NCBI GenBank assembly: GCA_963841735.1
Contig: CAWJDT010000005.1
Span: forward strand, 190,944-254,943
DNA from: an uncultured Actinomycetes bacterium
GTDB lineage: Bacteria > Actinomycetota > Thermoleophilia > RBG-16-64-13
Length of the DNA: 64,000 nt
Direction of reading: 5' to 3'
The position numbers and the translations under genes were made by a program. Below are positions 19,067 through 27,483 of this stretch, in pieces (within the stretch, counting starts at the first letter, position 1; each line of letters starts with the position of its first letter). Below the pieces are notes generated by a model. That model was not told where the DNA came from. It worked only from the letters and a program-made list of their open reading frames with translations, and did not search any database.

Positions 19067-19482
19067 GGTCGTACAGGTCACAGCTAGTCACCGCCAGAAC
19101 CTCGCCGAATTCCCTCGCCACTAGGACCTTCGTCTCCTCAAGGGCACAACAACCAGCGGCAACCATGCATCGCACCGAAACCCGCCGAGGGTGATATCCA
19201 GCCCGTCTCGGAGCTTGCCTTGAACTCCACCCCCAGAAGCTCCGTGTGCACACCATGTACCTTTCCCGGTCCCGGTGCCGTCGCTTTCATCCTCTTTCGA
19301 TCATCGCCCTTCGTCAATCCGACGAGCCAACTGCGTGGGCGGAATGAGGGTTAAACCGATACCCCGGTTGAGTGGTATGCGTAGCGACTTAGCCGCAGCC
19401 TCTCTCAATCTGCCGCAAACCGGCCGGGAAGCGATACGAACGATTTCCTGCCAGTCCTTGCTGGAATCACGCCAGAAACCCC

Positions 19483-19845
19483 ATGACCTCGGACCACGCC
19501 CTTGTCCAACTCGACCCCAACCTGCTCGCAAGACGTGTCACGTTCACGGGCGGCTTCAGCTACTCCTGCCCGTACCCTGCCTCCCGTCCCGCTCTCCTGG
19601 GGTACGATAAGTGTTCTGTGAACACGCCCGCCATACTCACCTACCTCGCCGCCGCCCACCGGGTCAACCCGGAGGCGGAGGTCTCGGGCCCCGAACTGCA
19701 GCACGAGCTGGGGCTCGACGCCGCCACGGTGCGGCAGTGCGTGGCCGAGTTGGCCCGGCAAGGGCTGGTGGAGTGGGACCCGCTGCTCACCAACCTGTGG
19801 CTCCGAATCACCGACAAGGGGTTGGTTCACGCCGGCGGCTTCTGA
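19483..19845 (+). CDS. hypothetical winged-helix-like protein
   Basis: 120-aa ORF; C-terminal segment LGLDAATVRQCVAELARQGLVEWD resembles a wHTH recognition region. Weak. Confidence 0.35.
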   Translation: MTSDHALVQLDPNLLARRVTFTGGFSYSCPYPASRPALLGYDKCSVNTPAILTYLAAAHRVNPEAEVSGPELQHELGLDAATVRQCVAELARQGLVEWDPLLTNLWLRITDKGLVHAGGF

Positions 19846-20035
19846 CGGCTAGGGCCAAGGGCTGGCTGCCGGCGGCTCCAAAAGCCCGGTCCAGACGATC
19901 ACCTAGTGCTCAACGGCGCTTGCGTTGACGCTTAGCAGGTCGGCGATAGACTTGGGCACCGGGCCTTTCAGGGGACTTATCAGCAACATGCCTCCGTCCA
20001 TGCCCAGGCACGGACCGACGAGCTCCTCTAGTTGC

Positions 20036-22099
20036 CTATTTCAACAGCCCCTTTACCTGACTCAGCACCGGCTCGATCATAGCGATATAGCTGAAGCGCT
20101 TGACAGCGGTTCGGTTGGTGGTAAGAAGGGCGACGATGGGCGGCGGCACAGGGCCCTTGAGCGGGGTGAGCAGCAAGAGGCCCCCGTCGTTGGCCAAAAA
20201 CGGCCCGGCGGCCAGCGCGTCGGGGAACTTGTCTCCGGTGGCCAGGCCGGTGTGGGTGAAGGTGAGTCCGGCATAGGCCTGGGCCCACTTGGCCACGTTG
20301 GCGTTGGTGTAGTAGCGATCGGCTCCGGAGAGGTTGTAGTAGTTGACCGCGGCGGGAGTTTTGACGTAGGTGCCCACCTTGATGGCCTGGGTAATGCCTA
20401 GCTCAGATAGAGCCTGGGCGGCTTTGGGGTTCAGGACTGGATTGGGGTTGGCGGCGGTAGGCCCTTCGGTCAACAAGATGGGCCACAGCTTGGCACAAGC
20501 TAGGGGCGATACCCCGATGGCGTCGGGGAACTTGTTGCCCACGGTGATGATGGCCATAGCGTCGCTCATGTCTTCCAGCCCGATCTCCATCATCTTCGCT
20601 ACCCTGTAACTCATGTCGTAGACGTTGGCGCCATTGATGGGGATGACAAGGACGTCGTCGCCCAGAGCCGTCTGCACCTGCCCAACCACAGTCCCAGACA
20701 GCCCGATGCAGAACACCAAGTAGGGGTCCAGCCGGAGCATCTCCGCTCTGGTGCCGTTTTCGAGACCGGTGGAGGGTGTGAGAAGCACCGGGCCTCCCAC
20801 CGCGGCGGCCAGGGGCGCCCCACACAGCGCCTCCTGGAAGGTCTCACCCGGGGCAAGAACCAGCCCGGAATAGGCCGGGAGCCCGCCGGGGAACATGGCC
20901 TGGGAGATGAGCTGGGCGGTGTGGTAGCGGTGGGTGCCGCGAATGGAGGTGTAGGCCAACCGCGGGACCGCGGTGTAGATCTCGTAGTTGGGGTCGGCCC
21001 CTCCGATGTTCAGCCACACGACCCGATCACCAGAGACCATCGGGGCGCGATCCTGGTCACTGTTGGTGCTGATCTGGGTCAAGCCTGCCGTCGGTGTCCA
21101 CGTGATGGTCTCGGGGTCCCCGTCGGCCGAGTCGGTCCACACAACGCGGTTGCCCGAAACCTGCGGGTTGGCGCTCGTATACGTACCGCCGCTCAACCGT
21201 ACGATCCCTCCGGTGGGAGTCCACATCATTATCTCCGACCAGGGCATGCCATGAGACGACCAGACCACCCGCTCACCGGACACGCTGGGTTCATCGTCGG
21301 TAAGGTCGTCGACAGATATCTGGACGATCCCCCCCGTAGGCGTCCAGGTGAAGATCTCAAGGTCGTCGGCGGGAGCGGGCCCGCCGCGGCCCGTCCAAAC
21401 GACCCGATCACCGGATACACGTGGTTCGAAGTCATCCCCGCTGTTGATAGTGATCTGGGTCGTTCCCCCCGTAGGCGTCCAGGTGAAGATCTCGGAGTCA
21501 GCACCGTCGCGGCCCATCCACACGACGCGGTCGCCCGACAGCTTTGGTTCGGCGTCCTCGTAGGCGTTGGTGGTGAGCTGCACCACCCCGCCGCCGGGCG
21601 TCCAGGTGAAGATCTCTCTGTCTGCGTAGGCGTCGGAGTCTCCCGCCCCGCACCACACCACGCGGTCTCCCGAAACCCATGGCCACTCCTGCACCTTGGA
21701 ATCGAGCGTGAGCTGCACCACTCCGCCGCCGGGCGTCCAGGTAAAGACCTCCATGTCTGTGCCGCCGTCGGAGCCTCCCGTGCCGCACCACACCACGCGA
21801 TCGCCGGAGACCTGCGGCATGTCATCCCCGTACAGGTTGGTGGTGAGTTGTACCACCCCGCCGCCGGGCGTCCAGGTGAATATCTCCGTGTCTGTGCCGC
21901 CGTCGGAGCCTCCCATGCCGTACCAGACCACACGATCGCCGGAGACTTCCGCGGCTCCATCGTAGTCGGTGTTGGTAGTGAGTTGGGTTAGCGCGAAGGA
22001 CTCAGCGGCCCACGCCGTGCCGCACAAGCCCGCGGTAGAAAGCGCCCACAGCAGCACACCGGCGAAAATCGCCACGACAGCACAGTTTGAACGGTGCAC
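20036..22099 (-). CDS. cell-surface protein: signal peptide + nine ~43-aa propeller-like repeats + three C-terminal cell-wall-binding repeat 2 (CW_binding_2) domains
   Basis: Probable GTG start at 22099 behind GAAGGGGGGGG; the listed ORF extends to 22303. Signal AVVAIFAGVLLWALSTAGLCGTAWA. Repeats of (V/L)SGDRVVW...EIFTWTPxGG.VQ(L/I)T. C-terminal motifs IRGTHRYHTAQ and LSGADRYYTNANVAKWA match PF04122 (RxxGxDRYxTA). Confidence 0.7.
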   Translation of the reverse strand: MHRSNCAVVAIFAGVLLWALSTAGLCGTAWAAESFALTQLTTNTDYDGAAEVSGDRVVWYGMGGSDGGTDTEIFTWTPGGGVVQLTTNLYGDDMPQVSGDRVVWCGTGGSDGGTDMEVFTWTPGGGVVQLTLDSKVQEWPWVSGDRVVWCGAGDSDAYADREIFTWTPGGGVVQLTTNAYEDAEPKLSGDRVVWMGRDGADSEIFTWTPTGGTTQITINSGDDFEPRVSGDRVVWTGRGGPAPADDLEIFTWTPTGGIVQISVDDLTDDEPSVSGERVVWSSHGMPWSEIMMWTPTGGIVRLSGGTYTSANPQVSGNRVVWTDSADGDPETITWTPTAGLTQISTNSDQDRAPMVSGDRVVWLNIGGADPNYEIYTAVPRLAYTSIRGTHRYHTAQLISQAMFPGGLPAYSGLVLAPGETFQEALCGAPLAAAVGGPVLLTPSTGLENGTRAEMLRLDPYLVFCIGLSGTVVGQVQTALGDDVLVIPINGANVYDMSYRVAKMMEIGLEDMSDAMAIITVGNKFPDAIGVSPLACAKLWPILLTEGPTAANPNPVLNPKAAQALSELGITQAIKVGTYVKTPAAVNYYNLSGADRYYTNANVAKWAQAYAGLTFTHTGLATGDKFPDALAAGPFLANDGGLLLLTPLKGPVPPPIVALLTTNRTAVKRFSYIAMIEPVLSQVKGLLK
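20780..21950. repeat. ~129-nt in-frame tandem repeats (x9) encoding the SGDRVVW...FTWTP propeller-like units
   Basis: Periodic protein repeats in the ORF; several spurious long antisense or alternate-frame ORFs (e.g. 20921..21991 +) arise from the repetition. Confidence 0.55.
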
Positions 22100-22330
22100 G
22101 TCCCCCCCCTTCGGCGGCCGGCCTCGATGACCGTTCCGCGTCTTTATTTCCGCACAGGCAAAACTAACGGCTAGCACATTATCAAACCGCACCGCCTGCA
22201 GTCTAGCCTCCGCAATCCGCAGGAGTTTCGGTGGGCGCGTGGCGATGTGGGGCACGGCCGCGCCCACCGTAAGCCCGGTCCAGGCGATCACCTGCTTAAA
22301 CACGTCCGGAACTCCGGCGGACGCCGGCCC

Positions 22331-23221
22331 TTAGGGCAAGATGAAGATGGGTGTGCCGGGAACCACCGACTTAACCACCTGGGTGATGTCCTTGTTGTAC
22401 ATGCGGACGCAGCCGTGGCTTACGCTCTTGCCCACGCTGTCGGGGTTGTTGGTGCCATGGATGCCCACCACTCCCCCGCCCGGCCAGTCGAGCAGGGTGT
22501 CGGAGAAGGCACTGGTGGGGATAGCGTAGGGCCCATAAGCACCGCCCGGTTCGATCACCCCCAGGGCACAGAAGACGCCCAGCGGAGTGGGATTGACGTT
22601 GGTGCCTATGCACACCGGGTAGGAGTCCACCTTCACCCCCCCGTCGAAGAGGGTCAGCCGGTGGGCCGCCCGCTCGATGACGATGGCATGGGTGAGCGTG
22701 CGGGCGACAACCTCGTCGGCCGCGACCCAGCCTGTGCTCCCGTTGGGCCTCTGCGCCAGCCGCACCTCATACCAGCCGGACACCTTGTCGAAGCTCCCCA
22801 GGCCAACCACGGGCAGACTGGTGACTTCCTTGATGGCGTTGAGACGTGAGAGGGTCTTCACCACGGCGCCGCCGGGCGAATCGAGCACGTGCACCTGGCC
22901 GATGGCGGTCACTACGGCGTAGGAGGCGTGGATAGCCAGACCACCCGGCAACGTGACCAAGGTAGTGGTAGTGGTTGGGGCCACGGTGGTGGTGGTCGGC
23001 GCGACGGTGGTGGTTGTGGGAGGGGGCGCGGTAGTGGTGGTGGTGACCGCGGATGCCTCCGGCGTAGCCGTGAGGTCGGGCGCGGTGCCGGCCGACGGAC
23101 TCCCTGTGGCCGCGGGCAAACCGTCATCGGTGGCCGGGCCGGTGCCGGCGAAGATGGCGGCCGCGATTAGGCCGCACACCAGTACCACCCCTATGCCAAA
23201 AAATATCCGCGACTTCTTCAT
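22331..23221 (-). CDS. L,D-transpeptidase (YkuD domain) with signal peptide and Thr/Pro-rich linker
   Basis: Catalytic signature SHGCVRM near the C-terminus. N-terminal signal plus TTTTTAPPPTTTTVAPTTTTV linker. Confidence 0.8.
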   Translation of the reverse strand: MKKSRIFFGIGVVLVCGLIAAAIFAGTGPATDDGLPAATGSPSAGTAPDLTATPEASAVTTTTTAPPPTTTTVAPTTTTVAPTTTTTLVTLPGGLAIHASYAVVTAIGQVHVLDSPGGAVVKTLSRLNAIKEVTSLPVVGLGSFDKVSGWYEVRLAQRPNGSTGWVAADEVVARTLTHAIVIERAAHRLTLFDGGVKVDSYPVCIGTNVNPTPLGVFCALGVIEPGGAYGPYAIPTSAFSDTLLDWPGGGVVGIHGTNNPDSVGKSVSHGCVRMYNKDITQVVKSVVPGTPIFILP

Positions 23222-23255
23222 GGCGCGTCCCCCGATGGGTCAGGCCCCTCGGCCG

Positions 23256-23858
23256 CTACTCCAGCTGCCCGCGTAGCTCCCCGTTGCGGTTGGCTGCAGT
23301 GCCCACGTTGAGGTACACCGTGCCGGTCTCGAGAAGAGCCACCAAGTCGGCGATGGTCTTGCCCGCCAGAGGGCCCAGCAACTGAGCCGCTGTGAACGAC
23401 CCCTCGGCCACCACCCCGCTGAATGAGCCCACTATGGTGGGACCCGGGTAGAGGGTAAGAATCTCGTCACCTGAGGTCCCTGCCGCTCCCACGCGCACAC
23501 GAGCGACCGTGAGATCGGAAAGGTTGTCCACCTCAAACACGTAGTCTACAGAGGCACCGTCCTCGGCCACGGTCATGGTCAGGGTGCCGGTGGCGTCGGT
23601 TGTGACAGCGGGAACGGCTTCAGCGCCGGTGAGTTGGGCCACGAAGGTGGGAGTGAGATCCACCTCGGTGGTGGTGGTAGCTCTGATGGAAGTCGTTGTG
23701 GACGAACTCGTGGTGGAGCTGGTGGTGGTCACCGGCGGAGCAGTGGTGGTGGTAACAGCCGGCGATGTTGTGGTGGGGGCCGTGGGCTCCCCGCCCATCA
23801 GCAAGATGAGCAAAACGGCCACAACCACCGCGGCCACCAGGCCGCCCAGCGCCACCAA
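23256..23858 (-). CDS. CHRD-domain protein, N-terminally membrane-anchored
   Basis: AQLTGAEAVPAV...TGTVYLNVGTAANRNGELRGQL matches the CHRD consensus (YVNVHT...GEIRGQI). N-terminal TM plus Thr-rich linker. Confidence 0.6.
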   Translation of the reverse strand: MVALGGLVAAVVVAVLLILLMGGEPTAPTTTSPAVTTTTAPPVTTTSSTTSSSTTTSIRATTTTEVDLTPTFVAQLTGAEAVPAVTTDATGTLTMTVAEDGASVDYVFEVDNLSDLTVARVRVGAAGTSGDEILTLYPGPTIVGSFSGVVAEGSFTAAQLLGPLAGKTIADLVALLETGTVYLNVGTAANRNGELRGQLE

Positions 23859-24058
23859 CAGCCACCAGCGCGGACGCCGGCGGCCCAGGTTCCCGCCCGA
23901 GTGCCTTGGCGGTGTAGGTGCCCATTCCCGTGACTGTGGGGGCGGAAACGGGGCGCGCTCTGAAGGACCCGCCCGAAACCAGGGCGCGGGCCAGCACCCA
24001 CTTCTCCATGTCTTCCCAGCTATGCGGGTCGGCGGGGAATCTCCCCGGCTCAGAAGGC

Positions 24059-24259
24059 TCAGCGCCGGCCAAGTCGCTCGCGTACGGCGGCCATCATTGC
24101 CTGGATCTCGGCCGCAACCGCCTCGACGGTGCGCTCCCCCGTCACGATGTCCTGCTCATAGCCTTGAGCCGCCAACATCTCCCACTGCAGGTCGGTAAAA
24201 GGCCTGGGGAAGTATTTCTCTAAAGCCTCTCTGGCTTTGCTGCCGTTACTCACCTGCAA
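24059..24259 (-). CDS. small hypothetical protein (66 aa)
   Basis: ORF with TTG start 3 nt after GGGGAGA. No family recognised. Confidence 0.3.
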   Translation of the reverse strand: MQVSNGSKAREALEKYFPRPFTDLQWEMLAAQGYEQDIVTGERTVEAVAAEIQAMMAAVRERLGRR

Positions 24260-24410
24260 GTCTCCCCAATCTGGTGAACACGTCTATCCCGCTCGCAACC
24301 TAGGCGTCTGAGTTTATCAGGAGAGACGGGCGGGGCACACGGGCCGGAAGGTTTCCCGTCGGTGCACATGCTTGACCCCGGCCCCCTCCCGGCTACCGTC
24401 GAGGCCGGCG

Positions 24411-26461
24411 ATGAGCACCGTGACCCCAGAGATCGAAGCCCGCGCCCGCGCTCTGCGCGACCGGCTCACCCCGGCCGAGAAGCTCGGGATGCTCTCCGGC
24501 GGCGTGGACTTCTACCGCTTCATGGCCGGGATGCCCGGCACCGAAGCCGGCGTGGAGGCGGCCGCCGAGGCGGGCCGCCGGCCCACGCCGGCGGCCGCTG
24601 TCGAGCGCCTGGGACTGGCGGGCTCAGCTTCGCCGACGGACCGCGGGGCATCGCGGTGGGAGTGTCCACCTGCTTTCCGGCGCCCATGGCCCGGGCGGCC
24701 ACCTTCGACTACGACCTGGAGGAACGGGTGGGCGAAGCCATGGGCCGGGAGGCACGGGCCCACGGGGTGAACATCGTGGCGGCGCCGTGCATCAACCTGC
24801 TCCGCCACCCCGGCTGGGGCCGCGCCCAGGAGACCTATGGCGACGACCCCACCCACGTAGGCGAGATGGGCGCCGCGCTGACGCGAGGCCTGCAGAAACA
24901 CGTGATGGCCTGCGTCAAGCACTTCGCCTGTAACAGCATAGAGAACACCCGCTTCCGCCTTGATGTGCGCGTGGACCCCGAGGTGCTGGACACCGTCTAC
25001 CTGCCCCACTTCGAGCGGGTGGTGCGGGAGGGCGTGGCTTCGGTGATGTCGGCCTACAACTCGGTCAACGGCGAGTGGTGCTCCGAGAACCGCTATCTGC
25101 TCACCACGGTGCTCAAGGAGCGCTGGGGCTTCGATGGCTTCGTGATGAGCGACTTCGTCTTTGCCCTCCACGATGGGCCCAAGGCCGTCAACGCCGGCCT
25201 GGACCTGGAGATGCCGTCTCCCCTCTTTTTGGGCAAGCGGCTGGCGCGCGCGGTGGAACATGGCTTGGTGCCCTGGGAGCGCATCGACGACGCCGTGTTG
25301 CGGCTGATAAGGCAGCAGTTGCGGTTTCGCGCCGCCGGGGGCGGCGGCGGATGCGTGGGAGCACCGGGACTTGGTGCCGCCACCGCGGGGAGCACCACCG
25401 CCCTGGGGAGCGCCGCCACCGGAGTGCGCCGCCGAGCCATGTGGAATCGCCGCCCCGACCCCGGGCTACGGCCCCGAGGTAGCACCGACCTCGGCTACGC
25501 GAAGTGAGCCTGTGCCGCACACCGGGCTCTCGCTCGCGAGGTAGCCACCAGGGCCATCGTGCTGCTGCGTAACGAACCGGTGGATGGGGAGCCGGTGCTG
25601 CCGCTGCGCGCGGGCGCGGCGGACGTGGGCTCCGCCACGGGCGAGGGCGCCACCCTAGGCACCACAGACGGCGCCGCCGCGCAGCTGCGGCGCGTGGCGG
25701 TCATTGGCAGGTTGGCCGCCATACCCAACACCGGCGACCACGGTTCGAGCGATGTCGTGGCTCCCTATGTGGTCACCCCGCTCGAAGGACTGCGGGCGGC
25801 ACTGGAGCCAATGGGAGTGCAGGTCGTCCACGACCCGGGCGACGACCCGGCCCGGGCCGCGCGACTGGCGGCGGAGGCCGACGCAGCCCTGGTGGTCGTC
25901 GGCTACGACTACCGCGACGAGGGCGAGCTGATAGCCGCTCCCCTGCCCGCTGGGTTCCTGCGCAAACTCCCCCGGCCGCCGCTCAAGAGCCTACCTGGAG
26001 TGGTGGCTAAGGCAGCCAAAGCGGCGTGGGTCATGGTAGCCGCCAGGCTCCTCGGCAGAGGCGGCCTGGCCGGCGGCGGCGACCGCAGGAGCCTCACCCT
26101 CCCCGATTCCGACGAGAATCTGCTCTTGGCCGTCGCGGCCGCCAATCCCAGGACCGTGACAGTGCTCATGTGCGGCTCGGCCGTGCTGATGGAGCGCTGG
26201 CGGCAGAAGGTGCCTGCCATCCTCATCCTCTGGTATCCGGGCATGGAGGGCGGTCACGCCCTGGCCGACATCGTGCTGGGCCGCCGCTCACCCACCGGAC
26301 GTCTCCCCTTCACCATCCCCACCAGCTCGGAGCACCTGCCCTTCTTCGACCCCGACGCGACCAGCATCGAGTACGGCCCGCTCCACGGGCAGGCCCTGCT
26401 GGACCATCTGGGGGTGCCGGCCGCCTATCCGTTCGGGTTCGGGCTGACCTACAGCGACTGA
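24411..26461 (+). pseudogene. glycoside hydrolase family 3 (beta-glucosidase-like) gene disrupted by a 1-nt frameshift (~24620-24630) and an in-frame TGA (25505-25507)
   Basis: True N-terminus MSTVTPEIEARARALRDRLTPAEKLGMLSGG is in frame 0 (ORF 24372..24770). The N-terminal domain continues in frame 2 (LSFADGPRGIAVGVS...GFVMSDF). After TGA the same frame continues with AHRALAREVATRAIVLLRNEP and the full GH3 C-terminal domain. Confidence 0.65.
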
Positions 26462-26629
26462 CAGCCGCTACGGCAGATGCCCGTCAGGGGTTTAGCAGAG
26501 TCCCCCGCAGACCGCTACGTAGTCCCTCTTCACAAAGCTCGGATCCGCTACAGGCCGAGACCTGCTTCGGTCAAGCTGCAGAAGACGAGCCCCCTTGTCC
26601 TCTGTCGATTGGCTCCGTGAAGCGCGGAC

Positions 26630-27251
26630 CTACCGGATGAAATTGGTCGATGAGCCGCGGCTCTGTTTCGGGTAGGGCACTGTGCCTTTCGCCGCTTCGA
26701 GGCACTTGAGCAGCCAGGCCATGTTGCGGCCCAGGGTCCTCATGATCTGCATGCCCTCCAGGTCCTGCCTCACCTCTTCAGGTGTATTCCCGTGGGTCGC
26801 GTTCCAATACTGCGAGGACACGACGGGCATGCTGGAGATCGTGAAGTACTTGTTGAGCCTGTCAAACGCGGCGCTGGCGCCACCGCGGCGGCAGTTCACG
26901 ACGGCGGCCGCCGGCTTGTAGGCATATCCCGCACTCTTCCCGAAGAACATCCTGTCGAGGAAGGCACAGAGCGAGCCGTCGAGACCGGCGTAGTAGACAG
27001 GAGAGCCGACCACGATGCCATCGGCCTTCCTGGCTAGATCGATGCATTCATTCACGGAATCGTCCTCGAAGACGCAGTACCCGCTCTTGAGGCAGCCACC
27101 GCAGCCGCTGCATCCCTGGATCGCCTCGTCTCCAATGTGGAAGATGCTGCTATCGATGCCCTGTTTCTCGAGTCTGTCCGGCAACTTCCGAAAGCGCCGT
27201 ATACGTGCAGCCCTTCTCGTGCGGGCTTCCGTTGATCATGAGCACCTGCAT
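26630..27251 (-). pseudogene. iron-sulfur flavoprotein / NADPH-dependent FMN reductase-like gene with an apparent frameshift near 27185-27195
   Basis: ATG at 27251 gives MQVLMINGSPHEKGCTYTALSEVAG (typical Isf/FMN_red start), which then terminates. The rest (..RLEKQGIDSSIFHIGDEAIQGCSGCGGC...GSPVYY...) continues in another frame (ORF 26630..27184). Confidence 0.5.
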
Positions 27252-27424
27252 TGTTCCGCCCTTTCCTGTGCACCTGGTCCGCGAGCCGACGCGCTCCAAG
27301 GAACGCAGGGCGATGCTGGATTTTAGCGCCCAAGCGGCGCCCTGTGGTTCTGCCGTGGATAACGCGGCGCCTCTCCCCCGCGCCCGAGGCCAGGCTGGAC
27401 GGCACGCTGCGGCCGCAGGCGCCC

Positions 27425-27483
27425 GCTAGGTGGCGCGCACCGGCGCTCTCCGGCCCGCGGGGCCCTCGCTAGGTGGCGCGCAC
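27425..27483. repeat. direct duplication of the 3' end/stop region of the cluster-A esterase-RCC1 gene (GCTAGGTGGCGCGCAC x2, 43-nt spacing)
   Basis: Copies at 27425-27440 and 27468-27483; the second contains the TAG stop and the last codons (..PVRAT*). Confidence 0.5.

Noticed and set aside
20921-21991. 356-aa plus-strand ORF opposite the surface-protein gene
   Set aside because: Artefact of the in-frame 129-nt tandem repeats keeping alternate frames open.
25505-25507. In-frame TGA in the GH3 gene as a possible selenocysteine or recoded codon
   Set aside because: GH3 enzymes are not selenoproteins. A second lesion (frameshift) exists in the same gene, and the other in-frame stop in the window is TAA, so no single code reassignment explains them.
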